Assembly: GCF_020745735.1 (NCBI RefSeq)
Contig: NC_083448.1
Span: forward strand, 11,406,006 to 11,470,005
DNA: 64,000 nt
Direction of reading: 5' to 3'
Source: Hemiscyllium ocellatum
Taxonomy: Eukaryota
Shown: in pieces, positions 1 to 13,257 of the stretch
How the letters are laid out: each line of letters starts with the position of its first letter
Position numbering within the stretch: the stretch's first letter is position 1
Position numbers and translations under genes: made by a program
Notes under the pieces: generated by a model
Told to the model about the DNA's origin: nothing
Seen by the model: only the letters and a program-made list of their open reading frames with translations
Databases searched by the model: none

Positions 1-560
1 AGCTCCTTCTTGCCAGCACTGGCAGGGGACTTCATGAAATGGGAGCAGTAAGCTAGTCTTGCAGCACTTGATCAGATCAGGAGGAATCCCGTTACTACCC
101 AGGGCCTTACCTGAGGCCAGGCTGTCAAAGGCCTTGCTGAGCTCTTCGACTGATGGCTCTGCATCTAGCTCGTCTATGGTCGGCAAGCACGTGATGGCAT
201 CAAGCGCTTAAGCGGACACGGTGTGCTGTCTAGAGTAAACATCAGAGTATTGTTCAACCACCTCTCCCTCTGCTGGCCTTTGTGATTCCTTCCCCGGTAG
301 AAGATTTGAGGGAGGGCTGTCTTGCTCTGAGCTGGTCCGAGTGCCTCTTGATGCCTTGATTCCCCTAATGTTCCCTGTTACATGGTGGTCTGAATGTCCT
401 CACTTAGCTGTGTCCAGTACTTGTTGGTGCAAAGCTTGGCATTCTGCTGAACCTTGTTCCTGGCAACCCTAAGCTCGCTGACCACTTGTACTCAGCGAGG
501 GGGACACGCTTGGCTTCAACAAGAGGGTTCATCTCAGTTGCCTTGGCCTCAAACCAGTTG
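1..560 (-). mobile_element. Degenerate RTE-clade LINE fragment
   Basis: Minus-strand hand translation gives NWFEAKATEMNPLVEAKR.. and ALDAITCLPTIDELDAEPSVEELSKAFDSLASGKALGSNGIPPDLIK, recalled as the pre-RT region of RTE elements. Confidence 0.65.
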
Positions 561-2497
561 TGTGTCTTGTCCTAACCTCCTTATCGGCAGTTCTCCTTAC
601 CCACTCTCTACCTACCTCCTCCACTACCTGGTCACCTCTCTCTTGCCTAACTTGACTTTTCTGTCTCCTATACCCCCACCTCCCATCCTTATCCACTCTC
701 CCACATAACTTACATCATTCTGAGCGACTCACCACACCCCAGGTCTCTCCCCACCCATCCCACCTCTCTCCTTCCTCCACTGTCTCTTCCCCCTGCTGCC
801 CATGTCTCTCTACCTCAGACCCCATTCCTCTTTCTGCCAAACTGACCCCTCCCCATCTCTCCTCCTGCTGCCCCCAGATCCCAACCTCACACCCCCATCC
901 CCCCAGATCTCTGTCTCTCCCCCATCCTCGGTACATTTGTAGAGCAGCGTGATGGCAGTAGCCAAGCACAGCCAAAGCTGTTGTCTCTGGGCCTCGGCCT
1001 TGCTTCCTCTGAAGCCGCTCTCAGGCCCAGGGTCACGCCTCTCATCCTCCGCCAGGCACTGGCGCTCCCAGCCACACAGCCAGTTTATGGGGCTGCGTCC
1101 TGTCATACGGAGTCACTGGGAGCCTTGGCCACCTCCATGGATGGCCCTAGAACACACACCCCAACCCCCAAACACCCCAAGTTCTGTTCACACGTGTACA
1201 AGTATGACTGAGCTCCAGGTTGCCTGCCAGTGTTCCCTCACCAACATCTCAAGCTTGCTGCAGTGCTCATTGAAGTTCAGCATAAACTCAAAGAACAGCA
1301 TTTGCCGCTTGGGCCCCCTGTAACCTTCAGGCCTCAATATCCAGTTCAATCATTTGAGGCCTGAGCACCCTCACCCATGTCCTCACCCCTAACCACACAC
1401 ACCCAGCCTTGTTGTCATCATGTAAGCTGCTCTCACAACCAACCCATTGTCAGCTATTAATGGTCCTCATTTGTACTCACTGATTCACCCAGGCTGACCT
1501 TTACCCATTCCTTCGTGCACCCAACTGTTGTTCTCTCTCTGGGATCAATCCCCAACTATCATTACTTTGCCCACTCTTCATCCTTTCCTCATTTCAATCA
1601 ATTCTAAAGAAGAATCACTGGAGCTGAAAACTCTGCTTTCTCTCCACAGATGCAGCCAGACCAGAGTTTTTCCATCAAGTTCTGTTTGCATCCATAATCA
1701 GGAATCTACACACAGCAGATAGATGCACAAAGGTCCTTGCAGTGGGAAGCAGTAGAAACCCTGGATTGAAACTGTTGTCTTGAATGCTTTACTCAGCCCA
1801 ATGGCAAGAAGGCTTAGCAAGATATTTCAGAAAATAAAAACCCATTTGCTGTTAGCTGGGAAACCACACCAAGTGGGATCAACAAAAAGATGGATCAACT
1901 CAGAAAACATGACGTTTTGCAACCTGCAATGTTAGAAAATGTGTGGACTTCACATGAACGGTCACTGGGTGAAAATGCATTTGACCTGGATGACATTGGT
2001 CACCTAACTTGGCCTCAGATAATTTGGAAATAAAGAAACAAATTACGACAGAGACAAAGTGAAAAGAAGTTCCTATTTCACACTATTACATGTTGGTGAC
2101 ACAAACACTGCAGACATTCTCACGTAGAAGTGACAGTTCAAAGCAAAAATTAAAAACCCAAATGACACTTTCAAAAGGAAAACTCTGGTGGAAGTTTTAA
2201 AAGACTCAAGTTCAAAACTGAGTATTTTCAAAAGATATTTTCGGCATTAAAACTTGCAGCTGTCAAGGGGGGAGAAAAGGGAGACAAAGATATTTTCCAG
2301 CCACATGTGCAGCGAATCCACTAACTTCACATGGTGCCACAGTCCTATAACTTCTCCCATGATCGATTTTGATAATCCAAGTGTGACCAAAATAAAAGGA
2401 TATGGACAGGGAGCATGACCTATTTCAACACTGATACCTTTTCAGCCAAGTGTTCAGGGGTCAGCAGCCAGCTCCCCATTCCCAATAACTTGCTTAC

Positions 2498-2686
2498 CAT
2501 TTCATGGCTCTGTGGTTTGCCCTGCAATTTCTGATGATAATCAAATGTTAGTCTGTCCAGCACTGCATGTTCCTCCTCATCCACTGTTGCCATTGACCGT
2601 TCTTTGTTTATCTTCTCGATATCAATTGTCTCTTCACCTTCGAGAATTGCATTCCACCAATATTCACCATTTTTATTCAGGTTAAT
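2498..2686 (-). CDS. nudcd3: NUDCD3 coding exon 5 (189 nt); not in the supplied ORF track
   Basis: Translated by hand. Acceptor ttattaacag|ATT, donor GAAATG|gtaagc. INLNKNGEYWWNAILEGEETIDIEKINKERSMATVDEEEHAVLDRLTFDYHQKLQGKPQSHEM is the NudC C-terminal motif. Confidence 0.96.
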
Positions 2687-3771
2687 CTGTTAATAAAACA
2701 AAGATTCCAAATCATATTAGTTCCTATTTAAAATTTAATGGCAAAAACACCTGGAGGTAAAAGGTGGACATGTCTAACATATGTCTGATGGAGTAATACA
2801 TCTGCCCAGTCAGAGGCAGGCAAGAAAACAGCAGTGAGATATATTTAACTTTGCCTATTTGGAATGTATTTATTCTTCATGAAAAGGTACAGACAACTTC
2901 TTGGTAATGCAATATCTAAATCAAAGAACAAGAGATATTAACACAAAAGGAAATGTACTACACAAATCAAAACAACATTATTAATTTTGAACCACTTAGT
3001 ATGTTGCAGATTTGAGAGAAGTAACAAGTTAAGAATGCACAGATTTCAATACTCGAATGGTTGAGTAATGTGAAATACAAGCACTCTTGACTTGCAGGTC
3101 ATCCTTTCCTAACGCCTCATATTGCAGTCATGAAGGAATTGGTAAACTGAAGTTCGTCATAAGCTAATCTCAAGCTTAACGTAGAATAGTTACTCTTTCA
3201 TGTAAGTTGAACAAGGTAGGGAAAATTCCTGTTCCAAACATAATTTCACAACTCAACTGGAAAAAGTGTATTGATAATTGAATCTTAATATGCCTCAAGC
3301 TGTCACAAACCGTAACAATGTTTTACCACACTCTATTATTCAGGATAAAACTAATCCACACCGCGTTTTGTGATAAACAAAAACACACATATTTGTTCTC
3401 AACAACTAATGCGATAAAAATCGGCTGAAAACAGATTATTGATTTCCTATTGTGGGACGAAAGCTACACATCTTTGAGACCCCAAATATATATTCATCAT
3501 TCACAAGTAAGACAGACCAAAACCACATGGTTTGACACAAATATGATGGGTGGAAAAATAAATTCTCTATGTCCAGGCCACACGAGTGAGTGTGTTAAGT
3601 TATTTCTCACAGTCTTCTGGTATTTTCATAATAATGAGACATTTCCCATAGAATGATAGTCACTCTTTGATTCAACATTCAATCAGTGAAGCTGGGTCTT
3701 TTCTTATTGTAGAATTTTTTTGTCTGAAGTCTCCCAGGTATTTTGCCTTTTTTCACAATAAAAGACAAATT

Positions 3772-4125
3772 GGGGGTGGCTCAGTAATTAGCACTACTGC
3801 CTCACAGCCCCAGGGACCCAAATTCGATTCCAGCCTCAGGCGAGACTGACTATATGGAGTTTACGCATTCTTCCCGTGTCTGCGTGGGTTTCCTCTGGGT
3901 GCTCCAGTTTCCTCCCACAGTCCAAAGATGTGCAGGTTAGCTGAGTTGGCCATGTGAAATTGTCCACAGTGTTCAGGGATGTGTAGGTTTAGGTGCATTA
4001 GTCAGGGGAAATGTAGAGAAGCAGGGTAAGGGAATGGGTCTGGGTAGGTTACTCTTCGGAGTGTCAGTATGGACTTGTTGGGCCAAAAGGGCCAGTTTCC
4101 ACACTGTAGGGATTCTACGATTTTA
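3772..4125 (+). mobile_element. HE1-type tRNA-derived V-SINE
   Basis: tRNA-like head with A/B-box-like motifs, V-domain gggtttcctctgggtgctccagtttcctcccacagtccaaagatg, and CR1-like tail ending ccacactgtagggattcta. Confidence 0.85.
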
Positions 4126-5084
4126 TGTCAGAGAGGTTTCTTGTTTGCAGGCTTGTAGTCGTCCCTGGTACACTGCCTTGCAAGTTTGTGAAACTGAAAC
4201 TTAAACAGCAAATTCAGAAGGTTGTTACTTTTCCCTCAACTCAAAGATTCCTGGTACTTGCCTCTTGTAAATTATTCACCTCACTGCTTCCACAATAACA
4301 ATCCCAAGTAGCTCAACTGTAGAAAGCACAATCCCATTTGACTTTAAAGTTAAAAAACAACTTATCCTGATATTATTTTAGCTGTATAGCAACACCCAAC
4401 TTAACATCCCCCATAGGAAGATTGTAAGTAGAATACAGGTAAACCAAAATAAAACCTAATGTCTAATCATACAGAAAACCCAACATTTCAGAGGTAAGCA
4501 ATTCAACAGGGATCAACATCACAGGCATATGATACCACCTCCTGCCCTTTCTGAACTGTGCCTAAAATGGATTCTTATGCAGTTACCTCCCACCCAAGAC
4601 AAAAACAAATGGCCATTCAGTTTACTGAGTCTCAAACAACTGCACAAATAACACTTTGTTTACGGTGTTTCTGCCCAGGCCTTCTCAGGATACGTGCTAT
4701 CTATTCAAGACTTATGCACAAATTGTGGGTTTGTTTTGCTTAAAGTTTGTGCACTTATGTGAATAAACGTGGAATTGAGTTGTCGGTTTTTGATTTGAAT
4801 ATGGAATTGAAGCAATTATCTTGAAAAATTGAGACAATGAAGCCAGTTGAAAAAAACTCAAAATAACAAAATGAACAACTTGACCAGCAATCTGCTAAAT
4901 AAGTCACCAATGAATGGAAAAATAAAAATCAACCACAGATCTGAATACAAGTCATTGGAAAGAGGGCATCTTTTTACTATTCTATACTTTTGATTGTAGA
5001 CTAAAACAGGAAAACAACACTTTAAAACAACAAGGACTGTTGAAGGAACGGATATGTTCGCCAATGACTGCACAATGATCAGCA

Positions 5085-5830
5085 TCACTTGTGACTCCTC
5101 AGATACTGAAGGACTCCTTGTTCAAATACAGGAAGACTAGATAACATCCAGACTTGGGATGACAAGTGGCAAGCAACATGTGCACCACACCTATGCCAGG
5201 CAATGACCGTTTCCAACAAGAGGCAATGTAACCCACACCATTTGACGTTCAATGGCGTTACGGTCACTGTAATCCCCACTATCAATGTCCTTGGGGTTAC
5301 TATTAACCAGAAACTCAACTGGACTCGTCACATCAAAACACAGTGGCAACAAGAACAGATCACAGGCGAGGAAGACTGTGGCAAGTAACTCACTTCCTGA
5401 CGCTCCATTAACAGGACACAAGTCAGGAGTGTGATGGAATATCCCCCATTTGCCTGCAGCTCAAACAACATTCAAGAAGCTGGACACCATCCAGGACAAA
5501 GGAGCTCACCTGACTGCACCACATCCACAAACATTCAATTCCTCAACCACCAATGCTCAGAAACAAACTAACTATCTACAAGATGCACTGCCAAAATTCA
5601 TCCAAGATGCTTACAGGAAACCTTCCAAACCCATAATCACTTCTAGCTACAGATACATGGGAACTCTGCCACCTGGTAGCTCCCCTCCAAGCCACTCATC
5701 ATCTGGACTTGGAAAGAGATCCACATTCCTTCGCTGTCATTGGATCAAAATCCTGCATATCCTCCCGAATGGCGTTGTAATTCGACCAACAGCAGGGGGA
5801 TTGCTGCCACTCACCACCACCTTCTCGACA
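5085..5830 (+). mobile_element. Degenerate LINE 3' region (CR1/L2 group)
   Basis: LGVTINQKLNWTRHIK and FKKLDTIQDK remnants; same family as 46480-48700. Confidence 0.6.
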
Positions 5831-7873
5831 TTCTGGCCAGCAATGCCCCTGCCCGACTTGTGGAAAAAATTAAGCAGGAACCTGTAACCCCCATCTCTCC
5901 AGCAAACAGGTGAAAGTATCTGGAGAAGAAGGTCACAAAGAAGCATTCTGATCAGCACAGCAAACATCTCTGCACGTCATTACAAATCGGAACAGGAGGA
6001 GGCCATTCAGCCCCTTGAACCTGCTCTGCCATGCCCTGTGAGCACAGATCACTCAACCGCTTCCCAGTTTTTACTCTCCCTGCATCCGCCTGGATGTTAG
6101 TGTGTTTATAGAAGTGAGGGTGCATTTATATAAATGTCAGAGTTTTATCAAGTCATGTTGCATGTTGATGATTCCAAATCCTTTACTGTAGTTCCAATCT
6201 ATTTCATGATAATAACAAAAATTATTATTTATTATGTTCAGAAAACTGGTTTGTGCTTTCTGTTAAATTGAGCCTGAAAGACAGGTAAATTAGGTAATTT
6301 GGTGCATTTTCTACAAATCTTTGATTTTGTTGATGACCCCAAGAAGAGCAAGGCCCGATTTCCAGCATGCTACCCTGAGTTCGTGTCATGCAGTCATCTC
6401 AGAGCAAGACATGCTGGAAAATAAAGAGGAATGACTAAATCAAATAAAGCAAGTCCTCACCTTCAGAGCATGAAGTTGGCTTTGATGAAAATTGATCTAA
6501 ACAGGAGAGACTTGCTTGGAGGAAGTTTCGCTCATATTTGCTGAGACAACATTGTGATTCCAGAACTTCTTTTGGTGTGCATTTCACTGCCTGTGACAGA
6601 CATTATACTTCTGCACTTCATCCCATATTAGTAACAAATGAACCTGCGCACAGTCCAGATGTTTTGTCGTCTGCTCTAACTGCAGATGGGAAATTGCAAG
6701 CAGTTGGCCTACAAGTTGGTGAGATGGGTTGGAAATGCTTGCCTCTGCACTAAACTATAATTAAACAACAATGAGGGCTCTTAAGGCACACTGGCAGTGT
6801 CCTGACCTCTGAGCCAAGAGACCTGGATTCAAGTGCTACCTGCTCCTGAGATGTGTCATAATGTTGGTGAATGGGTTCATTAGAATAGATCTAGAAAAAA
6901 ATATCGTTGGAAAAGAATCCTCCAAATGCAAATCTTTCAACAGAGCATATACGTCCATGATAGACACCCAAAGTCTCCCTTGTACACATTGTGGTTAGTG
7001 ATCTAAAAGCATCTCCTGTGCACTCCCTCCCACCATGGTAACATCCGCACTGCAGAAAAATACTCACAAGATGGCTAACGTGGAAACTTCATGCTCATTT
7101 TGTAAACCTCGGTTATGATAACAAACAAATCTGTTAAAGATCTAAAATAATTATATTGCTCAATAATTGTGCTGTTGCACATTTAGTCATCACTGCGTAG
7201 GAGTGATTGAAATTAACATGAATGCAGATATCATTAAAGTTGGACAATACAATTTCAGCTGTGTGCGCAGTTAAGCCATTCATCACCATTGGACACCAAT
7301 CATTCAATGAGGATGTGATGAGAATTCAAGGTTTCAAAATGAAGAAAAATTAAGACAAGGAAAGAGGAGAAAATTACAATTCAAGTTCATAGATTTCCAA
7401 GAATTGAAAGTGAAGTTGCCTCAGACAAACAGCGGTTGCAGGAGCCATGAACACCTTCTTAAGCACCACTCTCAGAGAAACTGACTGTTTTAGGAGTTTT
7501 TGTGGCTTTCATAAAGCAATCTTTATTTCCACGCAGATGGCTTGTACAACAGACAGCTTTATGCAATAACAGTGCCTGACAGAAAGCCTCAAACATCCAC
7601 TATTTACCAGGTACAAAACAGAATGGAAATGTGACCTTTCGGTCAAAATATTACAGGTCAGTAAGCAAAGAAAACTATCAAGGCTGATTTCAGACCAGAA
7701 GTGGACAAACTGGGACAGCTCTGAGCAATCAAAATTGTTTAGAGCCAAGTGGAAAAGAAATCAATTGAAACAAAGATATAATTATCATAATTCTATCATA
7801 TTTCATTAGATCACCAACAAAATCATATCTCCTCTTTGTTGTGGTTCTGTTCGCCGAGCTGGGAATTTGTGTT

Positions 7874-7913
7874 GCAGACGTTTCGTTCCCAGTCTAGGTG
7901 ACATCCTCAGTGC
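7874..7913 (-). ncRNA. Minimal hammerhead motif in the left (inverted) arm, sense to nudcd3 pre-mRNA
   Basis: Minus strand gca-CTGAGGA-t-gtcacctagactgggaac-GAAA-cGTC-tgc; stem II imperfect. Confidence 0.55.
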
Positions 7914-8290
7914 TTGGGAGCCTCCCGTGAAGCACTTCTGTGCTCTTTTCTCCAGCATTTATAGTGGTTTGTCTCTGCCGCTTGGTGAACACCAACTAGC
8001 CACAAAACGACACAAACAGCTATCCTTAGGAGCCACACACGCAGATGACAAGCAACATGAGTTTGACTGGGACAACACTACTCTTATAGGGCAAGCCAAA
8101 CAGAGAACAGCCAGGGAAATCCTAGAGGCATGGCACTCATTCACAGATTCAATCAATAAGCACATCGACCTGGACCCAATATACCGGCCACTGCAATGGA
8201 CAGCTGGAACTCACAACCGGAAACGACAGAGACAAACCACTATAAATGCCAGAGGAAAGATCACAGAAGCACTTCACAGGAGGCTCCCAA

Positions 8291-8330
8291 GCACTGAGGA
8301 TGTCACCAAGACAGGGGACGAAACGTCTGC
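8291..8330 (+). ncRNA. Minimal hammerhead motif in the right arm of the 7836-8405 element
   Basis: gca-CTGAGGA-t-gtcacc aagaca ggggac-GAAA-cGTC-tgc. Confidence 0.65.
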
Positions 8331-9699
8331 CACACAAATTCCCAGCTCGGCGAACAGAACCACAGCAACGAGCACCCGAGCTACAAATCTTCTCCCAAAC
8401 TTTGAATATCTCCTCTTTACACTGTCTTGATAGGATTTTATTTCTCTCTTCACAGATGCTGACTGATCTGTTCAGCGCATTTTCTTGTGTTTCAGATTTC
8501 CATTACAGTAGTTTCATTTCACTTTGCCAAAATAAATATTGCACTGCAATTTACAAATGCTGGTGCAGCAATGACCACAAGAAAGCAAATCTGGAGTGAC
8601 TAAGAGATATTTTAGCCACTCCATCTTATGGACAGTACATTGCCTCTCTACCTCATTTCAGGATTTCATAACCTCACAGCATATTTCCAAAGAGACCCTA
8701 TCTAGTGCATGTGGAATCTATCCCATAACTTGGGAACATGCTGTTATTTTTTAATTTTCTTCAATCACAAAACCATAGCTTGAAATTATACACTGCTCAC
8801 TTGTCATCATAGTCAAAAAGGTTCATCTGAAGATGTCAAGCTGGGCTGTACCTCCAGCAGAAAGAGAGGATGCTTTTCAATACAAACTTAAGCACAGAAA
8901 CACTGAAATGGCTACCACAAAATGTTAAAACAAGATTGCTTGCAGATATTTTCAGTCATGCACTTTCACTGCAGGTGCTTGTGCTTCAGTTTGCTATTTC
9001 AATCCCTTGGCCAGCATCAGAATTTTGAAACAAGTTTTGGTAAGGTCCTACTAAATCCAGTACTTGAATGGTCATCTGCCATAGAGGAACAATTGCTGCC
9101 TTGTTTAGCGTTTCTACACCCATATGAGTTTCAGCAAGTCCGTTGCATCTTAAACAAGCATTCTCTGCTCTTGGAGAATAGCTTTTCTTACCACTTCACT
9201 TCACTAAATTTTCTCAGTTATAATTGTGGCTCCAGGAGGTTACAATGTAAGCGTACAAGGTATGAAGACAGACACAACTTATTTTAGAACTATAAATATA
9301 TTTGATTCTACTGTCTAAAAGCAATAAATTAATTGGCATTGCAATCCTAATGCAGACTTCAATGTCCCAGGTTCAAATCCGGGACTAATGCCAGAAACAC
9401 CAGCTTTCCTCCCCAAGAATTGTGGTCTTTGGTGAGGAAATGAGCAAACTGGGAAACAAAACTATAATTCCACTAACAACCAATCTAAGACCATCAAACA
9501 GGATCAGAGTGTGGCTCACTTAGACATTCTTGAAGTGATATCTATTTACAACAAAGGGCCACAAAGAGTCCATTTGTCTCAATTAAACAGAACAATGTCT
9601 TGATCACAGTCATCTTCCCTGGCTTGAAGTTACACTGAAGTTTCAACTACCTTCAAGTTGCCAGGTGTATTCTCTGTTGCAACATGTCTCCCAGAGTTT

Positions 9700-9992
9700 A
9701 TTCACAGTATCCCTACAGTGTGGAAACACACCCTTCAGCCCAATACATCCACACCAACCCCCCTCCCCGAACAGTCCCCCACCCAGATCCATTCCCCTCC
9801 CCTATTCCTCTACATGACCTTTCACTGATGCACCTAACCTACACACCCCTGAACACTCTAGGTAATTTAGCATGGCTAACACAGCTAACCTGCACATCTT
9901 TAGACTGTGGGAGGAAACCCGAGCACTCAAAAGGAAACCCACGCAGACAGGGGAACAATGTGCAAACTCCGTCCAAGGCTGGAATCGAACCC
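9700..9992 (-). mobile_element. HE1-type SINE, 5'-truncated
   Basis: Reverse complement of the V-domain and tail seen at 3772. Confidence 0.8.
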
Positions 9993-10906
9993 TTTACTCG
10001 GCCAATAATCAGCACCTTCTTCTCATGCACTTTAAGTTGTTGTTCTCTCAGATTTGCTATTTTTGGTGATTCTGTCCTGATGAGTGCAAGACTGAAATGC
10101 GTTTCTTGGGTTTTTTTTTTAACAGCTGAGTAAAATATCAGAAAGAGACTAAAGTGAAAAATGAACTGATGATTTGGAATAACAACTGCATATATTTGCA
10201 AAACCAAAATCTAACAAAAAAACTGCAATAATCTACAAAGTAACTTGTTGCCCTCACTGCTTCGCTATGTCCAGCCGAACATGCCAGCAATGCGTACTCA
10301 ACAAAGACCTGCTTCCAAACTCTGGATTACCAAAATCCAACTTAGCTAAAAGTAAATAAAAACTTCCAGCGATGGAAATACTTAGCTAGTCTGGCTGTTT
10401 ACTCCTGCAAAGACTTATCGCCAAGTCAAAATTATTTCTGTTTCTCTCTTTACAGATCCAGCGAGACCGATCAGGTATTGCTAGAATTCACAGTATTGGG
10501 GTGTATTTTACCTCTTTTTCCCTGGGAGGACTTCTCTTAGCCTTGAAAATACTTCCCTTAACATTCTTCATCAGAATTTTATTTTCAGAACTCCTGACCT
10601 CAAGTTACCAGACACCAAGCGAGGCTGTGCAAGCATACTCAGCTCACAGAGATATACAATTGCAGATGTCTGCATCAGACAGGCATTTAAACAATCAGAA
10701 ATATATGCACATGTGGGCTGCAGAGGAGTTCTCATGGACTAGATGTGGTTAGAATTTGCTCAGGCCTGCATGTTACAATGAACACAGAGTGATGAGGTCA
10801 ACAGAAAAGGGACACCCAATATCCCTAAGGTCAAACTAACATATCTGTAGGTCAGGGTGACAAAACTCCAGATCTGAACCAATGTAGTGATTCGATGACG
10901 TGCAAC

Positions 10907-11115
10907 GCTGGAAAAAGCACAGCAGATCAGGCAGCATCTGGGCTCAAGACATTCAATGCTTCAGGCATGACCCTTCATCAGGACTAATGAAGGGTCATGC
11001 CCAAAACGGAGAGTCTCTTGCTCCTTTGTTTGCTGCCGGACCTGCTGTGTTTTTTCCAGCACTATATTTGATCAACTCTGACTCTCCTGCATCTGTAGTC
11101 CTTGCCATCTCCTGG
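10907..11115. mobile_element. Head-to-head pair of degenerate Penelope tails
   Basis: 10907-10982 is the reverse complement of 10984-11060; the centre is cccttcatcagg-a-ctaatgaaggg. Confidence 0.75.
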
Positions 11116-11809
11116 GTGAGTTCTTCCCCAATCCAAAGGACCCAAATATTAAGCAACCAACCAACTTGGAGGCTGCGCTTATTCGGCCTTCCTGACTGGC
11201 TCCTTCATGGGACTGGTGCTGCTAGCTTGGTCAGGATTTCATACCTGTCCCAAATCGGTGTTGCCAAGGTGTTGCTAGGCTGTCTTTTTGAACCACTGCA
11301 GGACATTTCTTGAAGTGCTTCCTTAACTTAGAAGAAATTCTGTTCAAAACTCAAATTACAATTTTAATCAAAAAAGATGGGTTCAACTTATTTTAAAAAC
11401 ATGAACGCTGCTCTCCTGAGTTGCTGTCATGCAGCTAAGCAGGGTCACATGATAAGCTGCATAGGTCTGCAGAGGAGAGGCCTAACATGTTTCATTGGCA
11501 ATTAGAGCGATCCTGTCAGTCAGACATGAACTGCAGATGAGCAAGCTTAATTTCTCTTCTATTTTTAGAGCATCTCTGCTTGTGCTATTTTGACACTGCC
11601 ATCAAACACAGATTAAAATAAGTGCATGCCAAACAGAAATTTGAAGAATTTTCCAAGAGGTCAGCAGAAGAAATCTTGGTGGAGGCCTCAGTGGGGAATA
11701 CTGCTGCTCACCTGGGAAAACTACAAGATGCAGCCCAATCCAAATGCACGTCGAAGAGCTGGGATAACTTTTTAAACAGATCTTTTCCTTTTCTACTTTG
11801 GAGGTAATG

Positions 11810-12150
11810 CTGGAGTGTTTTTAAATCACTAAATTCTTAATCCAGAGAGCCAAATCATATTCTGGGGACCCAGGTTTGAGACCCACCATAGCAAATGGTA
11901 GAATTTGAATTCCAGACTTTTAAAAAGTTAAATTAAGATTCTTATGATGACTACAAAACTACAATTGAATGCCAGCAAAAACAAAATCTGGTTCACAAAT
12001 GTCCGTTCAGGAAGGAAACTGCTGGTCTTGCTTGGTCTGGCCTACACTTGACTCCAGACTCACAGCAACAAGCTTGACCACATTGTGGCAAGCAATTGTG
12101 GTAACAAATGCTGGCCAAACCAGTGATACCCACAAGCTACGAATAAAGGA
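11810..12150 (+). mobile_element. Second tRNA-like SINE family; related pieces at about 12895-13040, 17520-17810, 48705-48840 and 54700-54990 (minus)
   Basis: Recurrent blocks taatccagag..ctggggac..aaatctggttcac..cttggtctggcctaca..gactccagac..aaatgctggcc. Confidence 0.55.
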
Positions 12151-13257
12151 AACAAAACTGTTCTCTGCTTACACATACCCACTCAGTTGTTGCTGTTTGC
12201 ACTGCATTAGGCTTCACAGCCTCCACCCTTCCTCATCTGACTATCTCAACCACATTCTATCCTATTCTCCTCCCAAAACTGACTTGGTTTCCCCAGAGGC
12301 AAACACTGACACTCAAGGAACTTGCTCTTATCCCAGCACCCACATTATTCCTCGAACAATTAGTTATTCACTCTGTCGAACGGAGACACGGAGTAAGATT
12401 TAAACAGGGAACGGAATATTATGGAATGGGAGGAGAGCGAATGAAACATGCATTTGCCAGTCATGTCATTGTCTGAAAATGGCTTTCATAACTGCACACT
12501 TTTAAACAACCATTACTCGACAACTCGAGTAGGAACCCTCACTGACTTCCTCCTTCCTCAAGTCAGAAAGATTAAAAATACCTTAGCACTGCGTTGTTGA
12601 AAGCCGTCATTTGTCTCATTAATGCTTACCCAACGGGACAGCTGAGGAAATTTACTTCCACATTTTTTCAAGAAGTGAAGTACCTTGTGCCTGCTTCTTC
12701 ACACCCTACCACACATCTGAAAAGCCAAATGACAAACAGGCCTATGCCAAAAGTCACAAATGCTTCTGAGGACTCAGAACAGCAGCAGGTGGGGAGGGTT
12801 AGGTAACTGGCAGTGATCCCCCAACTTCACCTCCTTCGTAAAGAGAAGCACGAAACACAATACTCTGGACTTAAGACAACCATTGCCACTTGTTGGAGGA
12901 AAATCATCTGGTTCCCTAATCCCCCTTTAGGGAAGGTATCTACTATTTGAATCCAGTCTAGTCTATGGGTGACTCCCAATAGACAGCAATGTGGTTGACT
13001 CTTAACTGTCCAAAGAGCAATAAATGCTGGTCCCCCACATCGTGTGCATCAATATCATTGATAAAGGAGCCCTCAGTGCTGAGGTGGATATATTTTCCTC
13101 AGATAAAGATATCAAAGGGGATGGGGGCAGTGGATGAGCTGGAGATACATGGGCTTGAAGGGCTAAATCGGCAAGTCTCAATGCTTTGAATTTAAATGAA
13201 GAGACTGATGAGGTTCATTGGTGAGACGAGAGTGACTTTGATTCTAAAAATGGAAGG

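Larger units (their letters stand above)
7836..8405 (+). mobile_element. Short Penelope-like (Poseidon-type) insertion: GIY-YIG C-terminal fragment between inverted terminal arms
   Basis: 7983-8218 encodes HEFDWDNTTLIGQAKQRTAREILEAWHS..INKHIDLDPIY. Arms 7836-7983 and 8220-8368 are reverse complements. Confidence 0.85.

Noticed and set aside
760-1323. GC-richer block with several overlapping ORFs, possibly a Harbinger-type transposon remnant
   Set aside because: No transposase motif or terminal inverted repeats could be confirmed by eye.
1-2497. Final nudcd3 coding exon (expected KVHEMLKKGWDAEGSPF-like)
   Set aside because: Not found by eye in this interval; presumed to lie left of the window.
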